A DNA stretch of 56,914 nucleotides from a bacterium (GCA_030647955.1 JAUSIQ010000030.1:1-56914); one strand, 5' to 3'; positions 35,491-43,831 are shown, counted from the stretch's first letter. Notes: a model not told the origin generated them from the sequence alone. A program made the numbers and translations.

Positions 35491-35949
35491 TTACCGAACA
35501 GTAATCACCCCGGATTCGTTGGGATTACGCTCATTGTGATAGCCAAAGATTCCGGGGGTATTGAAAGTGTAAGAGAAAAATCCCCTAGAAAGAATGTCGC
35601 CATCGCTAGTAAAACCAAGTAGATCGTTGTGGGCCGGATGCGGGTCAGAGATCACCCAAATCGGCATATTGCTGGTATTTTGAAATCTTACGGAATCTCC
35701 CGCGTGAATGCGTAGGTTCGTCGGACTAAATACCCCGCCACCATAGAAAACCGAGTAGACACGCGGAGGACGACTAGAGGGTTGGTTAGTAGCAGCGGTG
35801 GTATCGTGGTAATTACTGTTTTTACTAAAATACAAAATCGCCACCCCCATCAGCATCATGATTAAAACAATAAGCGCCCAAGCTAAACCCTTGCTTTCTC
35901 CTTGGTCGGACTTATCTAACAATTTTTCCTTCAATTTAAACCCGCCCAT
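35491..35949 (-). CDS. Membrane-anchored cupredoxin-like domain protein (no Cys copper ligand)
   Basis: N-terminal TM followed by the pattern F.P..L.I..GD.V.F.N......H.. and a C-terminal G.I.V. Confidence 0.4.
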   Translation of the reverse strand: MGGFKLKEKLLDKSDQGESKGLAWALIVLIMMLMGVAILYFSKNSNYHDTTAATNQPSSRPPRVYSVFYGGGVFSPTNLRIHAGDSVRFQNTSNMPIWVISDPHPAHNDLLGFTSDGDILSRGFFSYTFNTPGIFGYHNERNPNESGVITVR

Positions 35950-35974
35950 TAACCCAATTATACAATAAACTTAA

Positions 35975-35998
35975 TAAAAAAACACCCTTCGGGGGTGT
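35975..35998 (-). terminator. Intrinsic terminator
   Basis: ACACCC-loop-GGGTGT with an A-run on the plus strand, which is a U-run on the minus strand, directly after the stop at 36004. Confidence 0.6.
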
Positions 35999-36003
35999 CT
36001 GAC

Positions 36004-36507
36004 CTACTTATTCAAAAAATCATTTAATGCTGTCACCAAGACTCTGGGCAAGCCGTGCCGCTTGTCTTTTTCATTAAAAGGAACGGAAACAATATCCAAC
36101 ACTACTTTCTGATCTTCTTCCTTTAGCAGAATATGCTTTCCATCAAATTTTATAACCGATTCGTGAATCCTCCATTCCCTGTCTGACCGATTAAAACCAT
36201 TTTGGGCATCTTTGATAAAGTTCAAATCCAAGGTAAGAAGTATTATCCGGAAATCAACGCCGCTACTTAATACATTTCTAATGTGATAATTCTTAGGCGA
36301 AAAAATGACCCGCCGAAGATAAAGCACTACCTGCCAATCTTTTTTCTTCTTTTCAGAATTAGGAAAAGGAAACACAAAAAGCTCAAAATCATTAAAATTG
36401 CCCCACCGTTTGAATGCACTTCCCACCGCTTTATTCAGCCCGGCAATATTCTCATCGAGAAAAACGAACACAGGTATGGGAGCATCTTCTTTCCCGAGTG
36501 GAGACAA
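36004..36507 (-). CDS. Hypothetical protein (167 aa)
   Basis: ORF with its own terminator. No recognisable motif. Confidence 0.45.
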   Translation of the reverse strand: MSPLGKEDAPIPVFVFLDENIAGLNKAVGSAFKRWGNFNDFELFVFPFPNSEKKKKDWQVVLYLRRVIFSPKNYHIRNVLSSGVDFRIILLTLDLNFIKDAQNGFNRSDREWRIHESVIKFDGKHILLKEEDQKVVLDIVSVPFNEKDKRHGLPRVLVTALNDFLNK

Positions 36508-36583
36508 TCGGCTCTCCTATCAATTTCAAAGTCCTCTTTATAAAACGGTACCAAACTTATAAATTTTAGGCAATGACCTTCTT

Positions 36584-37822
36584 CTACTTTTTCAAAAATT
36601 CTAAAACCACCTCTTGGTCAGACCAAGAGATTTTTTGTCCATTCGCTAAAGCCATAGAGATTTCTGATCCTTTACCGGTAATCACGATAATGTCATGACC
36701 TTTAGCACTGGCTAGTGCGGTATTAATTGCTTCTCGGCGATCCAAAATTTCTTTTAGTTTTCCAGATTGAGAGCTTGGAATACCCGTCTTAATTTCATTT
36801 AAAATCTGAGCTGGATCTTCGTCGTACGGATCTTCATTAGTTAAAATAATTTCGTCAGCATAATGCGCGGCGATTCTGCCAAACTCTGGACGCTTCCATT
36901 TATCTCGTCCTCCTCCCGCCGCTCCCAAGACCGCAATCAAGCGACCCCCCGTAGGCAGGTCGCTCTTTAAAGCATCATAAACCATGGCCAAGGAGTCGGG
37001 AGTATGCGCGTAATCCACCACCACTTTAAAAGCCTGCCCTGCTTCAATATATTCCATGCGCCCCTTTACCGCCGAAATCTTTTTGACCGCCTCGCGGATT
37101 TTTTCCACCGGAATACGATAATTTTCCGCCACGGCCGCCGCCGCCAAAAGATTGTAATGATTAAAAGCACCTTTCAAAGAAGTTTCCAGTCCCAACCTCG
37201 CCCAATCTCTTTCGCCATAAAATATCTTTTTGTTCGATTTAATTTTCTTAAATTGTTCTACCAACGGCTCGTCTTCATTTAAAATATGAGTATGCGCTGT
37301 CTTTTTAAAAAGCTGCTCTTTAGCTTTGACGTATTTTTCAAAAGAACCGTGACTCTCCAGATGTTCTTTTTGTATATTGGTTAAGACCGCCGCATCAAAT
37401 TTAATTCCCAGGTGTCTTTTCTGTTTTATTCCTTCGGAAGTGACTTCTAAAAATACGTACTTACAGCCTGCCCTCTTGGCTTGAGCTAAAAATTTCTGGA
37501 TACGAAATCTCCCTGGCATGGTCATTTTTAAATTATTGGCCCATTCTTTTTCCTTAATCTTGTACCCCAGCGAACCGATCATGGCTACCGACTCTCCGGC
37601 CTCTTCAAAGATTTTTGCCAACAAAAAAACAGTGGTGGACTTGCCCTTCGTACCAGTCACCCCCACCACTTTCATCGAACGAGACGGGAAACCGTAAATC
37701 ACCGCTCCAGCCCAAGCCAACGCCCAGTGATACAATGGTTGAAACAAATTAAAAAGCGGTGCGGGGATAACTTTCCTGCCAAGACGCAATGAATTTTCCA
37801 GTTTTTTGTTCTCGGTCAACAT
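36584..37822 (-). CDS. Mur ligase family protein (MurE-like)
   Basis: P-loop VVGVTGTKGKSTT plus central and C-terminal Mur ligase domains. The start is set at ATG 37822, 5 nt after the FemAB stop. Confidence 0.75.
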   Translation of the reverse strand: MLTENKKLENSLRLGRKVIPAPLFNLFQPLYHWALAWAGAVIYGFPSRSMKVVGVTGTKGKSTTVFLLAKIFEEAGESVAMIGSLGYKIKEKEWANNLKMTMPGRFRIQKFLAQAKRAGCKYVFLEVTSEGIKQKRHLGIKFDAAVLTNIQKEHLESHGSFEKYVKAKEQLFKKTAHTHILNEDEPLVEQFKKIKSNKKIFYGERDWARLGLETSLKGAFNHYNLLAAAAVAENYRIPVEKIREAVKKISAVKGRMEYIEAGQAFKVVVDYAHTPDSLAMVYDALKSDLPTGGRLIAVLGAAGGGRDKWKRPEFGRIAAHYADEIILTNEDPYDEDPAQILNEIKTGIPSSQSGKLKEILDRREAINTALASAKGHDIIVITGKGSEISMALANGQKISWSDQEVVLEFLKK

Positions 37823-37827
37823 ATTTT

Positions 37828-38754
37828 CTAAAATACTTTTCTGGCGAGTTTGTAGGCCTGATACCACCACCAAGAGAGCCGCCAGTCGAAAGAGCCGGGG
37901 TATTCCACTACCCTGCCGCCCCAACCAAGTTTAAAGCGAGTTACACCTGGCCAGTGCCGAGCATCGATTCCCCAAAAGTCGTAAGCTTCAAAACCATTCA
38001 TCTTGAGATATTTAATTATGTCCCAGTGGAGCATGTAAGGAGCCATGTATTTACGCGCATCGTAATCCGAAGCCCCATGAAGATAATAGGCGGACTTTCC
38101 GACAGAGAGAACGATCGCTCCGGCCACCGGTTCATTTCTATAGTAAGCAAACAGGAGATCCGCTTTAATCTCGCTCTTTTCCCCAAAAAATTTCATCAGC
38201 TTTTTATAATAATCTTGGGAATGGGAGAAGAAACGATCCCGCGCAGTGGTTTTTTTAAGCAGTTTCCAGAAAGCATCGATATCATAACTAGGCTTTACAA
38301 TTACTCCATGCTTATCCGCTACTCTAATATTGTAGCGTGTTTTATGGTGCATCTTATCCAGTAAGTCGTCGTCACTTTGAGTTAGATCAACAATGACTGT
38401 TTTGGACGGCTGAATTTCTTTTTTAGACGGCCTGAATTTTCTCTCCGCCAAAGTCTGAGCAACATGGTCGGTCAACGGTTCGACTTTAATAAAAATGGCT
38501 TTTTCTTTTCTGCCCAAATCTTTTAAATAGTGTAAAAATTTCCAGACCGGGTTTCCTTCTCCACCAATCATCGAGTTAAAATCCATATCGGGACCATGGG
38601 GAATGTATAAATAACTTCTACCGAACCACAGTGGCAATTTAACTATCTTCGCCTTAATCCCATCTTGATCATATTCAAAAACCTGTCGCCCCAACGACTT
38701 CTGAAATTCCATCCACTCCTTAGATTGTAGGAAAGATTGCGCTATGGACATCAT
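37828..38754 (-). CDS. FemAB-family peptidoglycan interpeptide-bridge peptidyltransferase
   Basis: Family-typical LQSKEW..FQ start, HKTRYNIR, and YYLHGASD. Confidence 0.8.
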   Translation of the reverse strand: MMSIAQSFLQSKEWMEFQKSLGRQVFEYDQDGIKAKIVKLPLWFGRSYLYIPHGPDMDFNSMIGGEGNPVWKFLHYLKDLGRKEKAIFIKVEPLTDHVAQTLAERKFRPSKKEIQPSKTVIVDLTQSDDDLLDKMHHKTRYNIRVADKHGVIVKPSYDIDAFWKLLKKTTARDRFFSHSQDYYKKLMKFFGEKSEIKADLLFAYYRNEPVAGAIVLSVGKSAYYLHGASDYDARKYMAPYMLHWDIIKYLKMNGFEAYDFWGIDARHWPGVTRFKLGWGGRVVEYPGSFDWRLSWWWYQAYKLARKVF

Positions 38755-38802
38755 CGCAAATTTAGTTAATAATGACCGCGGAATGAGTCTAAGGAGAAAG
38801 AC

Positions 38803-38964
38803 ATGCTGACCTTGTGGGGAAGTATATTCGTCTTTATCGGAACTCTACTAAATGTGTCTAGCCCCGCCCCATCAAATCTTGGCTTTCTTGGTTTCATGCT
38901 GGGAATGCTAGGCGGAGCATTATTTGGAACAGCGCTTGAAAAACAAGCCCGGCGTGACAATTGA
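38803..38964 (+). CDS. Small hydrophobic protein (53 aa, two predicted TM helices), not in the ORF track
   Basis: AAGGAG lies 6 nt upstream of ATG 38803. The product is MLTLWGSIFVFIGTLLNVSSPAPSNLGFLGFMLGMLGGALFGTALEKQARRDN*. It occupies the femAB-ruvA gap on the opposite strand. Confidence 0.45.
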   Translation: MLTLWGSIFVFIGTLLNVSSPAPSNLGFLGFMLGMLGGALFGTALEKQARRDN

Positions 38965-38967
38965 ACT

Positions 38968-39552
38968 CTACCTCTTACCCTTTCCCAGAATCCGCAACGC
39001 CTTGCGGATTTTTTCTTCGCTGGTCGTCGCTTCAGTCACATCTTTCAAAGCTTCCCGCGCATGGTAAACCGTGTAACCCAGCGCCACCAAAGCATCCAAG
39101 GCCTCGCCCTCGGAAGCAAAGTCCCGGTCCGTGCCAAAATCGACGGTAGCCAGCTTCGTTTTTAACTCTAAAATAATCCTCTGCGCCGTCTTACTTCCCA
39201 CCCCGGAAATCTTTTTTAAATACTGGTCATCCCCTTTGACGATTGCTAATTGTAAGGTTGGCAGATCCACGGTCGAAAGAATGCCCTGGGCCGATTTTGG
39301 CCCCACTCCTGAGACCGTTAAAAGCAGCTCAAAGAAAGCTAATTCCTCCGGTTTTTCAAAGCCGTAAAGGACAAAAGTACCCTCTCTGGTATTGAAATTG
39401 GGGTAGATGAATAACTTGACTTGTTCGCCCAATTTTGCTAAAATACCATGGACTCTTTCTGGCAATATTACCCTATAGCCTACTCCGTTAGTATTCAGAA
39501 TGACCGCTTTATCGAAAACCGCCTCAATTGTGCCCGCTAAAAAGGAAATCAT
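38968..39552 (-). CDS. ruvA: Holliday junction DNA helicase RuvA
   Basis: MISFLAGTIE start, OB domain, two HhH motifs (VSGVGPKSA, ISGVGSKTA) and domain III. Confidence 0.9.
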   Translation of the reverse strand: MISFLAGTIEAVFDKAVILNTNGVGYRVILPERVHGILAKLGEQVKLFIYPNFNTREGTFVLYGFEKPEELAFFELLLTVSGVGPKSAQGILSTVDLPTLQLAIVKGDDQYLKKISGVGSKTAQRIILELKTKLATVDFGTDRDFASEGEALDALVALGYTVYHAREALKDVTEATTSEEKIRKALRILGKGKR

Positions 39553-39587
39553 AAAACCAGTATATAGCATTTAATAACAAGAACAAA

Positions 39588-41582
39588 GTGTTCAAACTAA
39601 GCTCAAAATTCAAGCCTGCCGGAGACCAACCTCAAGCTATTGAGAAGCTTTCTAGTGGTCTAAAAAAGGGCTTCAAGCACCAAACTCTCTTGGGCGTAAC
39701 CGGATCGGGTAAAACCTTCTCTATCGCCAACGTCATCACCAAAATCAATAAACCCACTCTGGTCATTTCTCCCAATAAAACTTTAGCCGCCCAGCTCTAC
39801 CAGGAGTTCAAAGAATTCTTCCCCAAAAACTCCGTCCACTATTTTGTAAGTTACTATGATTACTACCAGCCCGAAGCCTACATTCCCCACACCCGCACTT
39901 ATATCGAAAAAGATTCTAGAATTAATGAAGAGATCGACCGTCTGCGCCACGCCGCTACCCAGGCCCTTTTAACCCGTGACGACGTCATTATCGTCGCCTC
40001 CGTTTCTTGTATTTACAACCTCGGTTCCCCGGAAGAGTATAAAAAATTGAGCTTAGACATTTTTCAAGGCCAAAAATTGACCGACACCCAGCTTTATGAA
40101 AGCTTGGCTCGCCTGCAGTATTCTCCGGACATCGAATTAAAGCGCGGTAAGTTCCGCAAGACTCGCGAAGAATTTGAAATCGTCCCGGCCACCGGCGATA
40201 AAATTTTACGCATCAAAATTTTAAACGGTAAAGTTAAAAAAATTGAAGTAGCTGAAAATGTTAACTTTGACGCCCTGGATTTTAATGATTTGAAATATCA
40301 CAAACTGATCGAGGCCAAAATCTTCCCAGCTAAATATTGGATCGCTCCTAATACCCAAATTGAGCTCGCCCTTTCTAATATCAAGGCCGAGATGGAAAAG
40401 CACACTAAGAAATTAAAGAAGGAGGGAAAATCCGAAGAAGCTTATCGCTTAAAAGAGCGCACCGTCCACGATATTGCCATGATCAGACAAACTGGCTACT
40501 GCCACGGTATTGAAAACTACTCCTCTCACTTGGATTTCCGCAAACCCGGTGCCCCTCCCTTTACTTTGATCGACTTTTTTAAAACGAAGAAAGACTTTTT
40601 GACTATCGTCGATGAGTCTCACATTACCATTCCTCAAGTAAGTGGCATGCACAGCGGAGACTTTTCCCGTAAAACCACTTTGGTAAATCACGGCTTTCGT
40701 TTGCCTTCGGCTTTAGACAACCGTCCGCTTAGATTTGATGAGTTTAACGAAAGAATCAACCAAACTATTTATGTTTCCGCTACTCCGAAGGTCTATGAGT
40801 TAAAAAAATCCGGAACCAAGGGGCTAGTGGAACAAGTGGTACGCCCCACCGGTTTACTCGACCCCAACGTCGAAATTATTAAAAGCGAAAACCAAATCCC
40901 GCATTTAATAGAAGAAATTAAGAAAAGACGCGAGAAGAAGCAGAGAGTTTTGGTTACTACTTTGACGAAAAGAATGGCCGAGGACTTGTCGGAATATTTG
41001 TCTGAAGCGGGTATTAGTGTAAACTATATCCACTCGGAAATTAAAACCCTTCAGCGCTTAGAAATTTTGCATGACTTACGCTTAGGCAATTACGATGTCA
41101 TCGTCGGAGTAAACTTGCTCCGAGAAGGATTGGACTTGCCCGAAGTTTCTTTGATCGCTATTTTAGACGCGGATAAAGAAGGATTTTTACGTAACGCCAC
41201 TACCCTTATTCAAACCATGGGCCGAGCCGCCCGTAATATCGACGGCCACATTATCATGTACGCTAACAAAGTCACCGGGTCGATGGATGCTGCCATAAAA
41301 GAAACGATGCGTCGTCGTCGTATTCAAGAACAATACAATATGAAACACAAAATTACCCCTATCACTATTTCCAAAGCCGTCATTAAAAGCGACTTACCCG
41401 CCTCTTCTGCTCCCAAAGCTACTTACACGGGCTTTGATTTGTCTCAGCCTTCTTCCAAACAATTCTTAAAAAATAGATTGACTGCACTACAAAAAGAAAT
41501 TGACAAAGCGGTCAAGAAGTTAGAATTCGAAAGAGCGATGATCATTCGAGAACAGATTAAAGAGTTAAAGAAGCAGCTTTAA
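39588..41582 (+). CDS. uvrB: Excinuclease ABC subunit B
   Basis: GVTGSGKTF Walker A, DESH box, beta-hairpin region and a C-terminal UVR domain (FERAMIIREQIKELK). GTG start. Confidence 0.95.
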   Translation: MFKLSSKFKPAGDQPQAIEKLSSGLKKGFKHQTLLGVTGSGKTFSIANVITKINKPTLVISPNKTLAAQLYQEFKEFFPKNSVHYFVSYYDYYQPEAYIPHTRTYIEKDSRINEEIDRLRHAATQALLTRDDVIIVASVSCIYNLGSPEEYKKLSLDIFQGQKLTDTQLYESLARLQYSPDIELKRGKFRKTREEFEIVPATGDKILRIKILNGKVKKIEVAENVNFDALDFNDLKYHKLIEAKIFPAKYWIAPNTQIELALSNIKAEMEKHTKKLKKEGKSEEAYRLKERTVHDIAMIRQTGYCHGIENYSSHLDFRKPGAPPFTLIDFFKTKKDFLTIVDESHITIPQVSGMHSGDFSRKTTLVNHGFRLPSALDNRPLRFDEFNERINQTIYVSATPKVYELKKSGTKGLVEQVVRPTGLLDPNVEIIKSENQIPHLIEEIKKRREKKQRVLVTTLTKRMAEDLSEYLSEAGISVNYIHSEIKTLQRLEILHDLRLGNYDVIVGVNLLREGLDLPEVSLIAILDADKEGFLRNATTLIQTMGRAARNIDGHIIMYANKVTGSMDAAIKETMRRRRIQEQYNMKHKITPITISKAVIKSDLPASSAPKATYTGFDLSQPSSKQFLKNRLTALQKEIDKAVKKLEFERAMIIREQIKELKKQL

Positions 41583-41638
41583 ACATTTTTCCATAAGCTG
41601 CCGCAGAGCCTTTCAAAGCAATAGTTAGCCAATCTTTA

Positions 41639-42331
41639 ATGAATTTGAAACCGGGAATCTATAATATATATAAACCGGCCGGGCCGACTTCGCATGACAT
41701 CGTTGACCAAGTGCGGAAGATCAGCGGCGAAAAGAGAGTGGGGCACGCCGGAACGCTCGATCCTTTTGCGGAAGGAATTTTAATTATCGCCATCGGCCGC
41801 GAGTACACCAAAAAACTCGACCAATTTTTAAAACAAGACAAAACTTATCACGCCACTTTGCGACTAGGCGCTGTTTCTGACACACATGACCTCACCGGAA
41901 AAATTTACCCCGTCAAATCCGGCGAAGCCGGAACCGCCAAGCGGTTATTTGACAGGGTGAATCCGCCCACCAGAAAACAAATCACCGAAGCTTTAAAAAA
42001 GTTTAAAGGAGAAATCGAGCAAACTCCCCCCTCTTTTTCGGCCATCAAGCTCGCCGGCCAGAGATCTTATATATTGGCTCGAAAAGGAATTACTCCCAAA
42101 CTCCAGCCCCGAAAAGTAAAAGTTTACACCCTCAAAATTGTAAAATACCGCTGGCCTCATTTAGAAATTGAAACTAAAGTCTCCTCTGGCACCTACATCC
42201 GCGCCCTCGCCCACGACCTTGGCCAAACTCTCGGCACCGGCGCTTATCTGGAAAAACTAATTCGCACTAAGATTGGAAGATTTAAATTGGACAATTCCCT
42301 TGTTCTTGACAAAATTAATATAATACGTTAA
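41639..42331 (+). CDS. truB: tRNA pseudouridine(55) synthase TruB
   Basis: Catalytic-Asp motif GHAGTLDPFAEG. The short form lacks a full PUA domain. Confidence 0.88.
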   Translation: MNLKPGIYNIYKPAGPTSHDIVDQVRKISGEKRVGHAGTLDPFAEGILIIAIGREYTKKLDQFLKQDKTYHATLRLGAVSDTHDLTGKIYPVKSGEAGTAKRLFDRVNPPTRKQITEALKKFKGEIEQTPPSFSAIKLAGQRSYILARKGITPKLQPRKVKVYTLKIVKYRWPHLEIETKVSSGTYIRALAHDLGQTLGTGAYLEKLIRTKIGRFKLDNSLVLDKINIIR

Positions 42332-42367
42332 TCTAAGCATAGTTTCATACTTAAAACAGGAGCGTGC

Positions 42368-42703
42368 ATGGATATCCTATTGGGCCTTTTAGACTTGACC
42401 ATGTTCGTTATTGGCGTGTCTACGGTAGGGCGTTATTTCATGGAAGGTCCCTACGAAGAAATCACATGGTGTCCGGCGTGCGGCGACTGGCTATGGAAAA
42501 GTAACGACCCCGCCCTTGAGGACTTTGACAGCGAGAGACGCCGAGCAAATGCAAGATGTCAGTGTGGTGATTGGATAAAATGTTCACACTGTAATTTTAC
42601 ACATCATCCCCAAGAAAAGTTTTGCCATGCCACAGGCAAAAATATTCTAGTTGACACATACAACGAAACTACTTTAATGCAGCAGCCTACATTACCGAGC
42701 TAA
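42368..42703 (+). CDS. Membrane-anchored Cys-rich (zinc-ribbon-like) hypothetical protein
   Basis: GGAG 6 nt upstream, an N-terminal TM, and CPAC..CQC..CSHC..C cysteine pairs. A terminator overlaps the stop. Confidence 0.5.
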   Translation: MDILLGLLDLTMFVIGVSTVGRYFMEGPYEEITWCPACGDWLWKSNDPALEDFDSERRRANARCQCGDWIKCSHCNFTHHPQEKFCHATGKNILVDTYNETTLMQQPTLPS

Positions 42704-42716
42704 ACTCGGTTTTTTT
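42695..42716 (+). terminator. Intrinsic terminator (CCGAG-ctaaa-CTCGG-T7)
   Basis: The stop codon lies in the loop, and a 7-nt T-run follows. Confidence 0.7.
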
Positions 42717-42731
42717 ATCCACAGGCGAATC

Positions 42732-42759
42732 TTGATTTATAAATCAGCCTTGTTAATAT
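42732..42759 (+). promoter_or_regulatory. Sigma70-like promoter TTGATT-N16-TAATAT
   Basis: It sits between two terminators with no ORF downstream, so it would drive the sRNA candidate. Confidence 0.5.
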
Positions 42760-42765
42760 ATTCAA

Positions 42766-42975
42766 GCGGGTTTGGAAGAAAGTAAAGACGATTCCCTTGG
42801 CCGGCACAATGGGAAGAGCAAGGGGTGATGAGGCCGGTGGCCTCTAAGTACACCTGATCCGGTGACTCGCGGCCCAAGCTATGCGAAGCCCGAACACCGT
42901 TGCTAAACCAAACTCGTCCAGTTCTTATTTATCCTTTCTCCTTTCCTCGCCCTGGATTTCCAGGGCTTTTTTTTA
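42766..42975 (+). ncRNA. Unassigned about 210-nt sRNA candidate with its own promoter and terminator
   Basis: Closing helix GGGUUUGG/CCAAACUC, internal hairpins (CCCUUG/CAAGGG; GAGGCC/GGCCUC), a CU-rich tail, and the terminator GCCCUGG-auuu-CCAGGGC-U9. Confidence 0.45.
42949..42975 (+). terminator. Intrinsic terminator of the sRNA candidate
   Basis: 7-bp GC stem plus a 9-nt T-run. It works only on the plus strand. Confidence 0.7.
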
Positions 42976-43029
42976 TTTTTCATCCATTATATCTCAACTC
43001 GCCTCATCGCTTTCTTCGGAAAGAAGAAT

Positions 43030-43376
43030 CTCCGCTCCCCCACCCCTTTCTTGATCCTCCTTCGGTTTCAAATCCTCTGTCCATTTTGTTGTAAAGCCAG
43101 ATGAAAAGGACGAGCCTGGTCGAGCCCTCCCCTCATCCTTTGTCATCTGGCCTTTACTTCCAAAATGGCCAGGGATTATATCACCCTCAGTCGGATTAGC
43201 GGCGAAAGGGATGGGGTCGCTTTCACTAGCGACGATAGGAGATGAGGGTCACCTAAAATTTCTGGAATCAAATATTGATTCGAATGCAGCTGATGAGCGC
43301 AGTCGAGGATCAGTGGAGAGGAGTAGGTGGTGGAGCGATAAGGTTTTTTGCTGGAGAAAGGGGTGGGGCCGCGGAG
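43030..43376 (+). ncRNA. Unassigned about 350-nt structured RNA candidate closed by a 20-bp helix (strand tentative)
   Basis: P1 is 43030-43051 / 43355-43376 and P2 is 43052-43059 / 43305-43312 (8 bp perfect). There is a 15-bp hairpin at 43096-43151, further hairpins at 43182-43249 and 43265-43281, and C(UUCG)G tetraloops on the plus strand. Confidence 0.4.
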
Positions 43377-43393
43377 GTCTAACTGAACGTGAC

Positions 43394-43422
43394 TTGCATA
43401 AATACAGATAATTTGTTATTAT
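43394..43422 (+). promoter_or_regulatory. rpsT promoter TTGCAT-N17(TGt)-TATTAT, 10 nt from the ATG
   Basis: Good -35, spacer and extended -10. No SD precedes ATG 43433. Confidence 0.55.
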
Positions 43423-43432
43423 CATAGCCGAT

Positions 43433-43702
43433 ATGCCAATTACTCAATCCGCCGAAAAGGCGTTGCGACAATCTAAAAAGAGACACGTCGAGAACCTCCG
43501 TTTTAAGAGGAATTTTAAAGCGGCCATCAAAGAATTTAGAGACGAGCTCGGTGCCAAGAATTTCGAAAAAGCCAAGAGCCTATTACCGAAAGTTTACCAA
43601 GCCGTTGATAAAGCCACCAAGAAGAACGTCCTCAAAAAGAACACTGCCAGCCGATATAAATCTCGTCTCACTAAATCTCTCGCCGTCGCCAGTGCAAAAT
43701 AA
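43433..43702 (+). CDS. rpsT: 30S ribosomal protein S20
   Basis: 89 aa, basic, with a typical S20 N-terminus (MPITQSAEKALRQSKKR). Confidence 0.92.
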   Translation: MPITQSAEKALRQSKKRHVENLRFKRNFKAAIKEFRDELGAKNFEKAKSLLPKVYQAVDKATKKNVLKKNTASRYKSRLTKSLAVASAK

Positions 43703-43803
43703 TCTTTTAGCTTCGCTGTGCCACCGCTAAAGCTTTAGCGACACGCGATCGGACAAAATGTAATATAAGAATACCCCATTTTGCTCCTCGCTATGTAAAA
43801 TAA
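43702..43803 (-). repeat. SD-ATG hairpin module, copy B (with a 32-nt net palindromic insertion)
   Basis: The reverse complement reads TTATTTTAcatAGCGAGGAGCAAAATGG-N13-TTACATTTTGTCCGA-[34 nt]-GAAGCTAAAAGAT. It starts at the rpsT stop codon. Confidence 0.75.
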
Positions 43804-43831
43804 AAAACACCCCGCTCAATGGGGTGTTTTT
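43802..43831. terminator. Bidirectional terminator between the rpsT region and ftsW
   Basis: A5-CACCCC-gctcaat-GGGGTG-T6. Confidence 0.7.

Noticed and set aside
38766-38960. 64-aa minus-strand ORF in the femAB-ruvA gap
   Set aside because: It has no SD or promoter and a Pro/Ser/Arg-rich translation. The same DNA encodes an SD-led hydrophobic 53-aa ORF on the plus strand, which is the better explanation.
39553-39587. Divergent ruvA|uvrB gap as a possible replication origin
   Set aside because: The gap is only 35 nt, with no DnaA-box cluster, AT-rich unwinding element or dnaA/dnaN nearby. The plus-strand block is only 4 kb, which fits a local inversion better.
42852-42862. ACCUGAUCCGG, resembling the TPP riboswitch pyrophosphate-sensor helix
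   Set aside because: The obligatory CUGAGA element and the ACCC junction are missing, and no thiamine-related gene lies downstream.
43290-43297. CUGAUGAG, the hammerhead ribozyme core word
   Set aside because: It is not followed by a stem II plus a GAAA core. A similar GUGAUGAG at about 42826 is followed by UCUAAG instead of GAAA. No cleavage-site helix could be drawn.
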